Shown: positions 20,387 to 33,078 of the stretch, piece by piece | Numbering within the stretch: the stretch's first letter is position 1 | Layout of the letters: each line of letters starts with the position of its first letter | Assembly: GCA_900547945.1 (NCBI GenBank) | Contig: URIT01000002.1 | Coordinates: forward strand, 28,503 to 92,502 | Source: an uncultured bacterium | Lineage (GTDB): Bacteria > Verrucomicrobiota > Kiritimatiellia > RFP12 > UBA1067 | DNA length: 64,000 nucleotides | Reading direction: 5' to 3' | The notes under the pieces: generated by a model | Seen by the model: only the letters and a program-made list of their open reading frames with translations | What the model was told of the DNA's origin: nothing | The model's database searches: none | Made by a program: the position numbers and the translations under genes

Positions 20387-21553
20387 CTACTCCCCGGCCT
20401 TGATGCGGTCCCAGGCCTTGTTGTAGAGCCCCTGGACCTCCGGCTTGTCCTGGAAGCCGCGCAGCACCTGTCCGCGCGCGATCTGCGCCTCGTCGAGGAC
20501 GATCAGCCTGCGGTAGTCGGGTTCGAGCCGGTCGATGCCGGGCTTCACCGGGTTCGGTCCGCAGATGTACTCCATGTTGACCTTCGCGACGTCGCCCTCG
20601 TAGATGTAGTTGATGAAGGCGTAGGCGAGGTCCTTCCGGCGGGCGTCCTTCGCGATGACCATTTCGTCGAACGCGATCGTGAAGCCCTCCTTCGGCAGCG
20701 CGAAGCCGATGTCGTCGCGCGGGGCCATGCCCTCGTCCTCGTCGCCGACGATGATCTGCGTCGCATCGGTCGAGTAGCCGTGGCCGATCCACGTCGCGCC
20801 GCTCGCGACCTCGGTCTTGTAGCTCTCGGCGTCGAACTTGCGCGAGTTCGCCTTCCACTTGAGCACTTCCGCGACGGCGGCGTCGATCTCCTTCGGATCC
20901 GTCGAGTTGATCGAGTGGCCGAGGCTCATGAGCCCGCCGCCGATCACCTCGCGGATGTCGTCGAGGAGCGTGAGGCGCCCCTTGAACGCGGGGTTCGCGA
21001 GCGCCTTCCAGCTCGCGACGTCCACGCCGGCGGGCACCTTCCACTTCGCGTACATGAAGCCCGTGTAGGTGACGGCGTACGGCACGTTGTAGGCGAACGT
21101 GGGGTCGATGATCTGCTTCGTGAAGGACGGGTCGAAGTTCCTCTTCACGTTCGGGCACTTCGCGTGGTCGATCTTCTCCAGCATGCCGTCCTTCGCCATC
21201 TGCGCGATCTGGTAGGAGCTGGGCATGAGGATGTCGTAGCCCGTGCCGCCGGCCTTGAGCTTCGCGTACATGGCCTCGTTCGAGTCGAACGTGTCGACGA
21301 CGACCTTCACGCCGAGCGCCTTTTCGAAGCCGGCGAGGACGTCGGGGGCGATGTAGTCGCTCCACGTGTAGACATGGAGCTCGCCGCCGTCCTTCCCGCC
21401 GTTCGGGGGCACGTACCCGCTCGCCTCCGCGGCCGCGCGGGCCTGGGCGGAGAGGTCCACGCCCTCCACGGAGGATTCGGACTGCGAGCAGCCCGCGACG
21501 AGGGCGCCCGCCGCGAGGGCGGCGGCGATGTTCCTGAGTTTCAGCGTTTTCAT
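20387..21553 (-). CDS. potD: Spermidine/putrescine ABC transporter substrate-binding lipoprotein
   Basis: Lipobox LVAGC, LHVYTWSDYIAPDV... Start at the internal ATG 21551-21553; the upstream part of ORF 20387..22225 is an out-of-context overlap with potC. Confidence 0.9.
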   Translation of the reverse strand: MKTLKLRNIAAALAAGALVAGCSQSESSVEGVDLSAQARAAAEASGYVPPNGGKDGGELHVYTWSDYIAPDVLAGFEKALGVKVVVDTFDSNEAMYAKLKAGGTGYDILMPSSYQIAQMAKDGMLEKIDHAKCPNVKRNFDPSFTKQIIDPTFAYNVPYAVTYTGFMYAKWKVPAGVDVASWKALANPAFKGRLTLLDDIREVIGGGLMSLGHSINSTDPKEIDAAVAEVLKWKANSRKFDAESYKTEVASGATWIGHGYSTDATQIIVGDEDEGMAPRDDIGFALPKEGFTIAFDEMVIAKDARRKDLAYAFINYIYEGDVAKVNMEYICGPNPVKPGIDRLEPDYRRLIVLDEAQIARGQVLRGFQDKPEVQGLYNKAWDRIKAGE

Positions 21554-22380
21554 TCCGATTTTCCTTTCAGTTTGGTTTGGTTCTTCGCGGTCAGCAGCTT
21601 GGAGAGTCCTACGAGCGTACATGTGAAGAGGAGCATCAGCGTCGAGAGCGCGAAGACCGAGGGCAGGTTCTTCGAGTGCTTCGTCATCGACGACACGTAG
21701 GTGGGAAAGGTGTTCGTGCCCGCGCCGTTGACGAACGAGGTGATCACCACGTCGTCGATGGAGAGGGTGAACGCGAGGAGGCCGCCCGCCACGATGCCGG
21801 GGAGGAGGATGGGCAGCTCCACGTGGAAGAACGCATACCACGGCCCCGCGCCGAGGTCGTAGGCGGCCTCGGTGATGCGGTCGTCGAAGTCCTGGAGGCG
21901 CGCGAGCACGGTCATGACGACATACGAGACGCAGAACGTGACGTGCGCGATGAGGATCGTCCAGAAACCGCAGGCGACCTTCGCCGCGACGAAGAGCATC
22001 AGCAGGGAAATGCCGATGAGGATGTCCGGCATGATGAGCGGCGTGTAGACGAGGGCGTGGTGGATGGACTGCAGACGGTCCCGCCAGCGGTGGAGGGCGA
22101 GCGCCGCCGTCGTCCCCAGCGCGCAGGAGACGAGCGTGGAGAGCCCCGCGATCGTGAGCGAGAGCCAGAAGCTCTGCAGCAGCGCCTTCACCGCGTGGTG
22201 CCCCGCGAAGAGCTGCCGGTACCACTTGCCCGTGAACCCGGCGAACGCGCCGTCCGCGTCGAAGAAGCTCATCGAGAGGCCGTTCGGCACGAAGCCGTAG
22301 GCGACGACGAGCAGGATCGGCACGTAGAGGAACGCGAGCACGCAGCCGAGGACGGCGACCGAGAACATCGAGCGCTTCAT
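21550..22380 (-). CDS. potC: Spermidine/putrescine ABC transporter permease
   Basis: MKRSMFSVAVLGCVLAFLYVPILLVV..., EAAYDLGAGPWYAFFHVELP (EAA loop). ATGA overlap with potB. Confidence 0.9.
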   Translation of the reverse strand: MKRSMFSVAVLGCVLAFLYVPILLVVAYGFVPNGLSMSFFDADGAFAGFTGKWYRQLFAGHHAVKALLQSFWLSLTIAGLSTLVSCALGTTAALALHRWRDRLQSIHHALVYTPLIMPDILIGISLLMLFVAAKVACGFWTILIAHVTFCVSYVVMTVLARLQDFDDRITEAAYDLGAGPWYAFFHVELPILLPGIVAGGLLAFTLSIDDVVITSFVNGAGTNTFPTYVSSMTKHSKNLPSVFALSTLMLLFTCTLVGLSKLLTAKNQTKLKGKSE

Positions 22381-23378
22381 GTCTCGTTCCCTCCCTCGGT
22401 CGTCATCACGAGCCGCGCGGTCTGCGCCTCCAGGCGCCTGCGCCCGCGCACGTCCTGCCGCCGCTTCCACCACATCGCGAGCCCCAGCGGGATGAGCACC
22501 GAGACGGCCATCAGCACCGCGAGCGCCGAGGCGTGCGGGATGTTGCGGTTCTGGATCGCGCGCATGAAGATCTTGTTGCCGATCAGCACGCAGTCCGTGC
22601 CGCCGAGCATCTGCGGGATCACGTACGAGCCGATCGCCGGGATGAACACCATCAGCACCGCCGAGATGATCCCCTGCTTCACGCCCGGCATGAAGATCTT
22701 GCGGAAGGCGTAGAAGTTCTTCGCCCCCAGGTCGCGCGCGGCCTCCAGGAGCGAGAAGTCGAACTTCTCCGCCGCCGTGTAGATCGGCATGATCGCGAAC
22801 GGCAGGAAGGAGTAGACCGAGACGAGGACGACGGCCGCCTCCGAGTCGAGGAGCGTCGACGTGGCCGGATCGACGCGCCCCGCCGACGCGGCGCCCAGCC
22901 AAACGAGGGCCTGCTGCACGAAGCCGGGCAGCCAGTCAAAGAGCCATTCGCGCACGCGCAGGAAGACGAGGTAGCAGGCCTGCAGCCAGCCATCCGGGTG
23001 CAGCATCGTCTTCCACGCGAAGACCCGCACCACGAAGCTCGTCCAGAACGGCAACATGATCGACCCCGCCACGATGGCCCGCCAGCGCGGATTCATGCGC
23101 GCGATCGCGTACGCGCACGGCAGCGCGAGGATGATCGACCACACCGTCACCTCGAAGGAGATGCGGATCGTGTTCCACACGATGGCCGGATAGTCGGGGT
23201 CCACCAGCTCGCGCCAGGTGGAGAACGACCAGTCGCCCACGCCGCCCGAGGCGTCGTGGCCGTGGAACGTGAACGCCAGCACGATTACGGCCGGGATCAC
23301 GAAGAAGACGGCCAGCCAGGCGAAGGACGGCAGCGTGAGCAGCCATTCGGCCTTCCGGGACCTCAGCGGATTGTCCAT
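22377..23378 (-). CDS. potB: Spermidine/putrescine ABC transporter permease
   Basis: LLEAARDLGAKNFYAFRKIFMP (EAA loop), 6-TM profile. Confidence 0.9.
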   Translation of the reverse strand: MDNPLRSRKAEWLLTLPSFAWLAVFFVIPAVIVLAFTFHGHDASGGVGDWSFSTWRELVDPDYPAIVWNTIRISFEVTVWSIILALPCAYAIARMNPRWRAIVAGSIMLPFWTSFVVRVFAWKTMLHPDGWLQACYLVFLRVREWLFDWLPGFVQQALVWLGAASAGRVDPATSTLLDSEAAVVLVSVYSFLPFAIMPIYTAAEKFDFSLLEAARDLGAKNFYAFRKIFMPGVKQGIISAVLMVFIPAIGSYVIPQMLGGTDCVLIGNKIFMRAIQNRNIPHASALAVLMAVSVLIPLGLAMWWKRRQDVRGRRRLEAQTARLVMTTEGGNET

Positions 23379-23397
23379 TTCGCGCCTCCCCCGCCGT

Positions 23398-24504
23398 TCA
23401 GTTCTCGGCGGCCACCATGTAGCCGTCGTCCGGATGCCACCACACGAACACCTCGTCGTTCCAGGTGATGGGTTCCTGGTCGAGGAGAAAACGCGAATGG
23501 GGCTTCAGGGACTGGATCTGGAGCCCGGACGACGTCACCCAGAACTTCGTGTAGACGCCCTGGTAGACGATGTCCTTCACCTTCGAGGGGAAGACGTTGA
23601 TCGAGGCCCCCTTCTCGGGCGGCGGCGGCGTGAGGGTGACGCGGATCTTCTCGGGGCGCACCGAGAGGTCGATCTCCTGCCCCACCGAGAGCCTGCGGTC
23701 GTTGTACGCCTTGATCTGCGGGAAGCCCTCCACCTGGATGAAGCAGTAGTCGCCGTCCACCGAGACGATCTCGCCGTGGAAGAAGTTCGTGTCGCCGATG
23801 AAGGACGCGACGAAGCGCGAGGCCGGGGCCTCGTAGATCTGCGCCGGACCCGCCAGCTGCTCGATCTTCCCCTTGTTGATGACGGCGATGCGGTCCGAGA
23901 GCGACATCGCCTCGCCCTGGTCGTGCGTCACGTAGAGGAACGTGATGCCCACCTGGTCGTGGATCGTGTCGAGCTCCAGCAGCATGTGCTGGCGCAGCTT
24001 GAGGTCGAGCGCCGCGAGCGGTTCGTCGAGGAGCAGCACCTGCGGACGGTCCACGAGCGCGCGCGCGATGGCGACGCGCTGCTTCTGCCCGCCGGAGAGC
24101 TGGTTCGGGTACTTCCAGGCATGGTCCGCCATGCGGATCATCTCGAGGATGTTGTCCACCGCCTCCTCGATCTCCGCCTTCGGCTTCTTCGCGAGCTTCA
24201 GCGAGAAGGCGATGTTATCCCAGATCGTCATCGTCGGGAAGAGCGCGTAGTTCTGGAACACCGTGTGGACGCGGCGCTGGTTCGGGGCAAGGTCCGTGAT
24301 GTCCTTGCCCTCCAGGTAGATGCGCCCCGAATCGGGCCGCTCGAACCCGCCGAGCATGCGCAGCAGCGTCGTCTTGCCGCAGCCCGACGGCCCGAGGAGC
24401 GAGAAGAACTCGCCCCTCTTGATGGAGAACGAAACGTCGTTGACCGCCGTGAGCGCGCCGAAGCGCTTCGTCACATGGTCAAAAACAAGGAATTCGCTTG
24501 CCAA
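23398..24504 (-). CDS. potA: Spermidine/putrescine ABC transporter ATPase
   Basis: GPSGCGKTT, LSGGQKQRVAIARAL, LLLDEP, plus a C-terminal TOBE-like region. TTG start as in the ORF track. Confidence 0.95.
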   Translation of the reverse strand: MASEFLVFDHVTKRFGALTAVNDVSFSIKRGEFFSLLGPSGCGKTTLLRMLGGFERPDSGRIYLEGKDITDLAPNQRRVHTVFQNYALFPTMTIWDNIAFSLKLAKKPKAEIEEAVDNILEMIRMADHAWKYPNQLSGGQKQRVAIARALVDRPQVLLLDEPLAALDLKLRQHMLLELDTIHDQVGITFLYVTHDQGEAMSLSDRIAVINKGKIEQLAGPAQIYEAPASRFVASFIGDTNFFHGEIVSVDGDYCFIQVEGFPQIKAYNDRRLSVGQEIDLSVRPEKIRVTLTPPPPEKGASINVFPSKVKDIVYQGVYTKFWVTSSGLQIQSLKPHSRFLLDQEPITWNDEVFVWWHPDDGYMVAAEN

Positions 24505-24616
24505 CTCGACTTTCTCCCTTCAATGGTGAACATAGGGGGAAAGTATAGCAAACCCCCCTTGGATTTGAACCCCTAAATGCGAGAAATGTGCGAGGGCGCG
24601 GATCTTCCCCGGGAGG

Positions 24617-27757
<3,141 letters not shown>

Positions 27758-27796
27758 GTCTCGTGCCTTGGTAAACGGTAAGCGGTCAAAGGGATG

Positions 27797-29059
27797 TCAG
27801 CGGACGCGCAGGAGGAAGAAGTTCTTCTTGCCGCTCCGGAGCACCGCCACGCGGCCCTCCACGAGGTCCCCCTCCGCGAAGACGCGCGCCGCGTCCGCCT
27901 TCGCGCCGTTGAGCGAGAGCCCGCCCTGCTGCGCCATCCGGCGCGCCTCGCCGTTCGACTTGAACATGCCCGCCTGGGCGGCCACGGCCCAGACGGGCTT
28001 GCCCACGACGTCCGCCCGCGCGCGCTCGGCGCTCTTCACGTCCTTGAAGATCGTCTCCAGCTCGTCCGCGCCCTTCCCGGCGACGTCCCCGCCGAAGAGC
28101 GCCTGCGTCGCGCCGCGCGCGGTCTCCAGCCCCTCCGCGCCGTGGACGAGCGCCGTCAGCTCCTCCGCGAGCGCCTTCTGCGGGATGCGCGCCTCGGGGT
28201 TCGCCTTCATCTGCCGCTCCAGCTCGGCGATCTCGTCGAGCGGACGGAGCGAGAAGACCTTCAGGTAGCGGATCACGTCCTCGTCGGCGGAGCGCAGGAA
28301 GAACTGGTACCAGTCGTACACGGAGGTCTTCTCCGCGCTCATGAACATGGCGTTCCCCTCGCTCTTGCCGAACTTCTTCCCCGTCCCGTCGAGGAGGAGC
28401 GGGAACGTGAGGCCGTAGACGGAACGCCCGCGCATCTTGCGCACGAGGTCCGTGCCCGCCGTGATGTTGCCCCACTGGTCCGCGCCGCCCACCTCCATCG
28501 TGCAGCCGTAGGCGTCGTAGAGGTGCAGGAAGTCGTTCCCCTGCAGGATCTGGTAGCTGAACTCGGTGAACGTGAGCGCGCCCTCGCTCGCCTCCAGGCG
28601 CTTCTTCACGCTCTCCTTGGCGAGCATCTGCGGCACGCGGAAGTTGACCGCGACGTCGCGCAGGAACGCGATCGCGCTCAGGCCCGAGTACCACTCGTAG
28701 TTGTCCACCATCCGCGCCGCGTTGGGTCCGTCGAAGTCGAGGATGCGCGCCAGGTTCTCGCGGATGCCCTTCTTGTTCTCCGCCACCTGCTCGACCGTGA
28801 GCATGTTGCGCTCCGCGCTCTTGCCGCTCGGGTCGCCGATGAGGCCCGTCGCGCCGCCCACGAGGGCGATCACGCGGTGTCCCGCGAGCTGGAGGCGGCG
28901 CAGCATCATGATGGAGACGAGGTTGCCCGCCTGCAGCGAACTCGCCGACGGATCGAAGCCGCAGTAGATCGTCTGCGGCGTCTCCAGCATCTTCTCGATT
29001 TCGGGGTCCGACACGGACTGCACGAGCCCGCGCGCAACCAGTTCCTGAAACAGCGTCAT
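27797..29059 (-). CDS. tyrS: Tyrosine--tRNA ligase
   Basis: CGFDPSASSLQAGNL (HIGH-type region), KFGKSEG (KMSKS-type), C-terminal S4-like domain. 420 aa. Confidence 0.96.
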   Translation of the reverse strand: MTLFQELVARGLVQSVSDPEIEKMLETPQTIYCGFDPSASSLQAGNLVSIMMLRRLQLAGHRVIALVGGATGLIGDPSGKSAERNMLTVEQVAENKKGIRENLARILDFDGPNAARMVDNYEWYSGLSAIAFLRDVAVNFRVPQMLAKESVKKRLEASEGALTFTEFSYQILQGNDFLHLYDAYGCTMEVGGADQWGNITAGTDLVRKMRGRSVYGLTFPLLLDGTGKKFGKSEGNAMFMSAEKTSVYDWYQFFLRSADEDVIRYLKVFSLRPLDEIAELERQMKANPEARIPQKALAEELTALVHGAEGLETARGATQALFGGDVAGKGADELETIFKDVKSAERARADVVGKPVWAVAAQAGMFKSNGEARRMAQQGGLSLNGAKADAARVFAEGDLVEGRVAVLRSGKKNFFLLRVR

Positions 29060-29179
29060 TTCTTTCCTTTTTACACGAATCGACCCGAATCCTCAACAGG
29101 TGGTCCACCCCGCCGACAATCCGCCCCCCAACCGAAGGGGAGTTGTAGTATAGCACAAAACGCCGCCCGGGAGGGAGTT

Positions 29180-29207
29180 AGGTTTTAGGTTCTAGGTTTT
29201 AGGCTTT
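29180..29207. repeat. Four tandem heptamers AGGTTTT/AGGTTCT/AGGTTTT/AGGCTTT (reverse complement of the 14417-14451 array)
   Basis: Read directly, upstream of tyrS. Confidence 0.8.
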
Positions 29208-29743
29208 TATAGATGTGTGGAGATAAACTGTCTCCCGGCTTCTGTGTGTTCAGTGGTAAAACGGAGGGGGAGAATTTGCCACAGAATACACCGAACGGCC
29301 GAAGGCCGTCACTGAACACACGGAAGGTGTTGGATATGTGGGGGAAGAGGGACCACGGATTTCTGTGCGAGATGCGCCGCAGAAAGCGAAGTTCAGATCC
29401 CCTGTGCGACCCTTTGTGGAAAAGAATCCTCTCTCTCGTTGCCGTATCTGCAGTTATGGGTCTTGATTGGTAATTGGATTTATTACGCACTGAAATCTCA
29501 TCTTGAAGTGTGGGAGGGAATGACGGCTCCGGCTTCGCCAACACAGATGGACCCCGATCGACGGGCCACCTCTAACGGAAGGGCAAGATCGGTGCCATCG
29601 GTGTCCGCCACAGGCGGTATCCGTGCCATCAGTGCCCTCCTCTTTTTTTTTCGGGAAAAATAGAAACTCCGATGGCCGGGAAAGATGCTCCACGACCGTT
29701 CCGCCGCCGCCAAGAACCGGAACGGTGGGAGTCACCCCACAGC

Positions 29744-30076
29744 GCCACGCGCCGAGGGCGGCGCGGGTACTTCGCGTGCCGGGCCATGTTGGTGGGCATC
29801 CGGTCGCGCAGGAGCGCGACCTCCCGACCACGCGGGGCCGCGCAGATTCCTGCACCTTGGCAAAGACCGATTGTGGCGTAGCCCGGTATTCCGGGCGTCG
29901 TAGCCACATCGGTCTTTGCCAAATCTGCGCATGCGGAGCATCTGCGTTCCAAGACGGACGCGACGGAGCGCGTCCCTCCCGTATACTGCCGTTCGGACGC
30001 CACGCGCCGAGGGCGGCGCGGGTACTTCGCGTGCCGGGCCATGTTGGTGGGCATCCGGTCGCGCAGGAACGCGACC
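29744..30076. repeat. Two near-identical roughly 78-bp direct copies of the REP-like unit (29744-29822, 29999-30076) flanking a long hairpin (29857-29877 / 29903-29922)
   Basis: GCCACGCGCCGAGGGCGGCGCGGGTACTTCGCGTGCCGGGCCATGTTGGTGGGCATCCGGTCGCGCAGGA(G/A)CGCGACC occurs twice, 255 bp apart. TTGGCAAAGACCGATTGTGGC / GCCACATCGGTCTTTGCCAA form the hairpin arms. Confidence 0.9.
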
Positions 30077-30104
30077 AAAGGCGGCGCGGTATGAATCTAC
30101 CGCG

Positions 30105-31136
30105 TCACCGTAGCAAACGAAATGCCAGGATCCGGTTCGCCGCGCCGTCGTCGCCGTCCGAAATGAGGAGGACGCTCCGCGAACCGTCCGCAAGCGCGGG
30201 GCCGAGGCAGATGCCCTCGTACATCGCCAAGCCCGTGTACGCCCCGAAGAGACGGCGCTTCGCGACGGGGCGGCGCGCCGTCTCCTTCAGCGCGACGACA
30301 TCGGCCACATTGTCCGCATGGTTGAAGTCGATCGCGTAGATGCGGCAGCGGAAAGACGGCAGGACCTTCCCCTTCTTGATGCTCATCTCGCGCTCCAGCA
30401 CGAGGAGCGTCCCGTCGCCCAGGCAGAGGAGGCCCGACACGCCGCAACGGGACTTCCCCGCGAAGTCGCCGCCGCCCACGCTGTCCGTCACGTACATCCA
30501 CTGCCCCGCCGCCGTCCATGCGGCCTCCGGCGCGGGCCGGGTGAACCGCAGCAGGCGCACGCGCGTCCCGTGCGCGCGCGTCGCGCGCGGGCCGTCGTCG
30601 ACGTCCGGCGTCGTCGCCCGCACGGGCGCGGCCTTCTTCGCAGTACGCCCCTCGGCCTCGCGGCGGCAGAGCGCCTCCTCGTTGCAGGCCCACATTTCAA
30701 GGCCATCCGGACGCAGCGTCAGCGCCTCGAAGCTGCGGTTGTAGCGGAAGGCGTCGAACACGGCGGGCACGGCAACCACCGCGCGTTCCGCGCCCGTGGC
30801 GGGGTCGAACGCGCGGATGGAGCCATCGTCCTCGTCGCCGACCCACACCCAGCGGCGTGCGGCATCCCACGCGACGCATTCCAGGTCGCCGCGCCCCGCG
30901 AGCGCCGTCTGCCCCGTGACCACGCAGTTCGTCGGCATGCCCGTCGCGCGGTCGACGCCGATCGTCAGCGCGAAAAGCGCGCCCCCGCTGTCCCGGACGG
31001 CGTAGTAGGCGTCGTCCACCACGCGCGTGAGGCCGCTGAGGCCGTTCAGCGATGCACCGTTCCACGCGCGCGGAAACGCACGCTCCCCCACGGGCGCAAG
31101 CGCAAGGGACGCGGCGGCGAGGGCGGCGCCGATCAC
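30105..31136 (-). CDS. Secreted phytase-like/esterase-like beta-propeller family protein (tentative)
   Basis: Proposed GTG start at 31134-31136 (GTGA overlap with the upstream stop) gives the signal-like VIGAALAAASLALAPVG. The pattern ...NRSFEALTLRPDG...CGVSGLLCLGDGTLLVLERE... recalls the Phytase-like family. No ATG is available. Confidence 0.55.
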   Translation of the reverse strand: MIGAALAAASLALAPVGERAFPRAWNGASLNGLSGLTRVVDDAYYAVRDSGGALFALTIGVDRATGMPTNCVVTGQTALAGRGDLECVAWDAARRWVWVGDEDDGSIRAFDPATGAERAVVAVPAVFDAFRYNRSFEALTLRPDGLEMWACNEEALCRREAEGRTAKKAAPVRATTPDVDDGPRATRAHGTRVRLLRFTRPAPEAAWTAAGQWMYVTDSVGGGDFAGKSRCGVSGLLCLGDGTLLVLEREMSIKKGKVLPSFRCRIYAIDFNHADNVADVVALKETARRPVAKRRLFGAYTGLAMYEGICLGPALADGSRSVLLISDGDDGAANRILAFRLLR

Positions 31137-32155
31137 GCCTTCACCGCCGAGAGGACCCAATGGGGCATCGGCGGGGGCACGGGATGCGCCTCGCCCGGCT
31201 CGAAGCCCGTCTCGACGAGCCAGCTCTTCAGCTCCTCGTCCGAGAAGACCCAGCCGTTCGCCGTGGTGAGCGCCATGTTCACGGCGAAGAGCGCGCTGAA
31301 GGCGGGGGCCGTGTGCGTGCGGTCGGTCATGAGGTCGAGGATGAAGATGCGTCCGCCCGGCTTGAGCGCGCGGTGGGCGCGCGCAAGGATGTCGCGGATC
31401 TGGTCGGGACTCTCCTGATGGAGCGCACCGAAGATCGTCACGGCGTCGTAGGACGCGGCCTCGTACTCGTCGGTGTGGTAGTCGCCCGCGCGGCATTCGA
31501 TACGGTCCGAGAGCCCCGCCTCGGCAACGCAGTCCCGCGCGACGGCACTCACGGCGGGCACGTCCACGGTCACGCACGTGAGGCCGGGATTCGCCTGGAC
31601 GATCAGTTCCGCATAGGCGGCGGGGCCGCCCGCGAGGTCGAGGAGGCGCGTGCAGCCGGAGAAGTCGAGCATCGGCACGACGCCGCGCCCGATCGCGCGG
31701 GCGCGCCCACGCATCGAAAGGGCGAACCGCCGCGTCCGGGCGGGGTCATCGCCGAGGTGGAGCTGCGGCGGCTCGACGGGTTCGCCCGTGCGGACAAGCT
31801 GCGCGAGGCGTCCCCAGGCCGGATAGACGTCCTCATTGTAGCGGACGGCCTGGGAGAGGTCGGCGGGGCCGCCGGGCACGAGCGCGAGCTTGCCCGCCTG
31901 CGTGTTGAAGTAGGTCTCCTCCTGCTTGCCGAGAAGCCCCTCGGCGACGCAGGCGTCGAGGAGGAGGCGCAGGGCGCGCGGCGCGGCCTCCGTCTCCGCC
32001 GCGAGGGCCGTCAGGTCGGCCGAGCCGCCCAACGCAGCCAGCGCCTTGAAGACGCCCACGTCGAGGGCGGCGAAGAGGACGGCGCTTCCGTAGAACGCGC
32101 TCGCGAGGTCGACGATTTCGGAAACGGATTTTTCAGGCGGAGGGAGCGTGTTCAT
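31133..32155 (-). CDS. Class I SAM-dependent O-methyltransferase (family-2 type with N-terminal dimerisation domain)
   Basis: LLDLAGGPAAYA (motif I), IFGALHQ, LKPGGRIFILD. 340 aa. Confidence 0.85.
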   Translation of the reverse strand: MNTLPPPEKSVSEIVDLASAFYGSAVLFAALDVGVFKALAALGGSADLTALAAETEAAPRALRLLLDACVAEGLLGKQEETYFNTQAGKLALVPGGPADLSQAVRYNEDVYPAWGRLAQLVRTGEPVEPPQLHLGDDPARTRRFALSMRGRARAIGRGVVPMLDFSGCTRLLDLAGGPAAYAELIVQANPGLTCVTVDVPAVSAVARDCVAEAGLSDRIECRAGDYHTDEYEAASYDAVTIFGALHQESPDQIRDILARAHRALKPGGRIFILDLMTDRTHTAPAFSALFAVNMALTTANGWVFSDEELKSWLVETGFEPGEAHPVPPPMPHWVLSAVKA

Positions 32156-32170
32156 GATGTCGTCCTGTTG

Positions 32171-33067
32171 TCATGCGGTCGCCCGCACGGCGCGGCGGGC
32201 ATCGAGGAGCTGGGTGAAGAGGATCGCGGCGAAGACGAGCGCGTAGCCGGCGAGGCGGCGGGGCGTCATCTCCTCGGGCGTCGAGAGCCACCCGCACGTC
32301 CAGGCGAGCCAGCCGAAGAAGACGCCGAAGACGGATTCGAGCGAGAGGAGGATCCCGGCGATGGCGGGCGAGACGAGCTTCTGTCCCGCGTTCTGGAGCG
32401 TGTAGGCGACGCCGGAGGAGAGGACGCCGCAGAAGGCGATCGCGATACAGGCCGCACGGATGTCGGCGAAGTTGAGATGGACGGCCTCGGAGGGCAGCGC
32501 GAGGAACGGCAGGCCCAGGACGGCGCCCGTGAAGAACTGGACGCAGCTGAGCGCAAGGACGTCCGCCTTCGCGACGAAATGGTCCACCACGAGGATCTGA
32601 CCGGCGTAGAAGACGGCGCAGAGGAGCGTGAGCGCCTCGCCGCGCCCGAGCGCGAACTCGCCCGCGCCCTTCAGGCAGATGAGGAACGTGCCCGCGAGCG
32701 CGACGGCGACGCCCGGCCACACATACCACGGCGGCCGTCGCCCGAGCGCAAGGCCGAGGAGCGGCACGACGAGCGCGTAGTTCGCCGTCAGGAACGCGCA
32801 CGTCCCGGGCGAGGTGTCGGCGATGGCGATCTGCTGGAGCATGGACGGCACCCAGAGCGCGAAGCCGCACCACGCGCCGCCGACAAGCTCCGCGCGCCCA
32901 AACGCGAGCCGCCGCCGCGTCGCCATCACGCCGAGCAGGAAGACGCCCGCGAGGACGTTGCGGTAGACCGTGAACGCGAACGGCCCCACATGGTCGCCCC
33001 CAAGCTTCTGGAAGAGAAAGGCACACCCCCAGATGAGGGCCGTCAGGAAGAGGAGGATTGCGCCCAT
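32171..33067 (-). CDS. DMT-superfamily (EamA-like) transporter
   Basis: Ten-TM-like duplicated EamA pattern. Start moved to MGAILLFLTALIWGCAFLFQK (ATG 33065-33067). Confidence 0.85.
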   Translation of the reverse strand: MGAILLFLTALIWGCAFLFQKLGGDHVGPFAFTVYRNVLAGVFLLGVMATRRRLAFGRAELVGGAWCGFALWVPSMLQQIAIADTSPGTCAFLTANYALVVPLLGLALGRRPPWYVWPGVAVALAGTFLICLKGAGEFALGRGEALTLLCAVFYAGQILVVDHFVAKADVLALSCVQFFTGAVLGLPFLALPSEAVHLNFADIRAACIAIAFCGVLSSGVAYTLQNAGQKLVSPAIAGILLSLESVFGVFFGWLAWTCGWLSTPEEMTPRRLAGYALVFAAILFTQLLDARRAVRATA

Positions 33068-33078
33068 GGGGGAGGGAA

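Noticed and set aside
20387-22225. 612-aa ORF suggesting a long N-terminal extension of PotD (similarly 21550..22902 for PotC)
   Set aside because: The extension overlaps the potC coding frame and is Arg/Pro/His-rich. The lipoprotein signal peptide begins at the internal ATG 21551-21553.
29060-29700. Regulatory RNA (T-box-like leader or sRNA) upstream of tyrS; 119-aa ORF 29185..29544
   Set aside because: No T-box specifier/antiterminator architecture could be traced. The region is made of repeat modules shared with other loci. The ORF has implausible composition and no SD.
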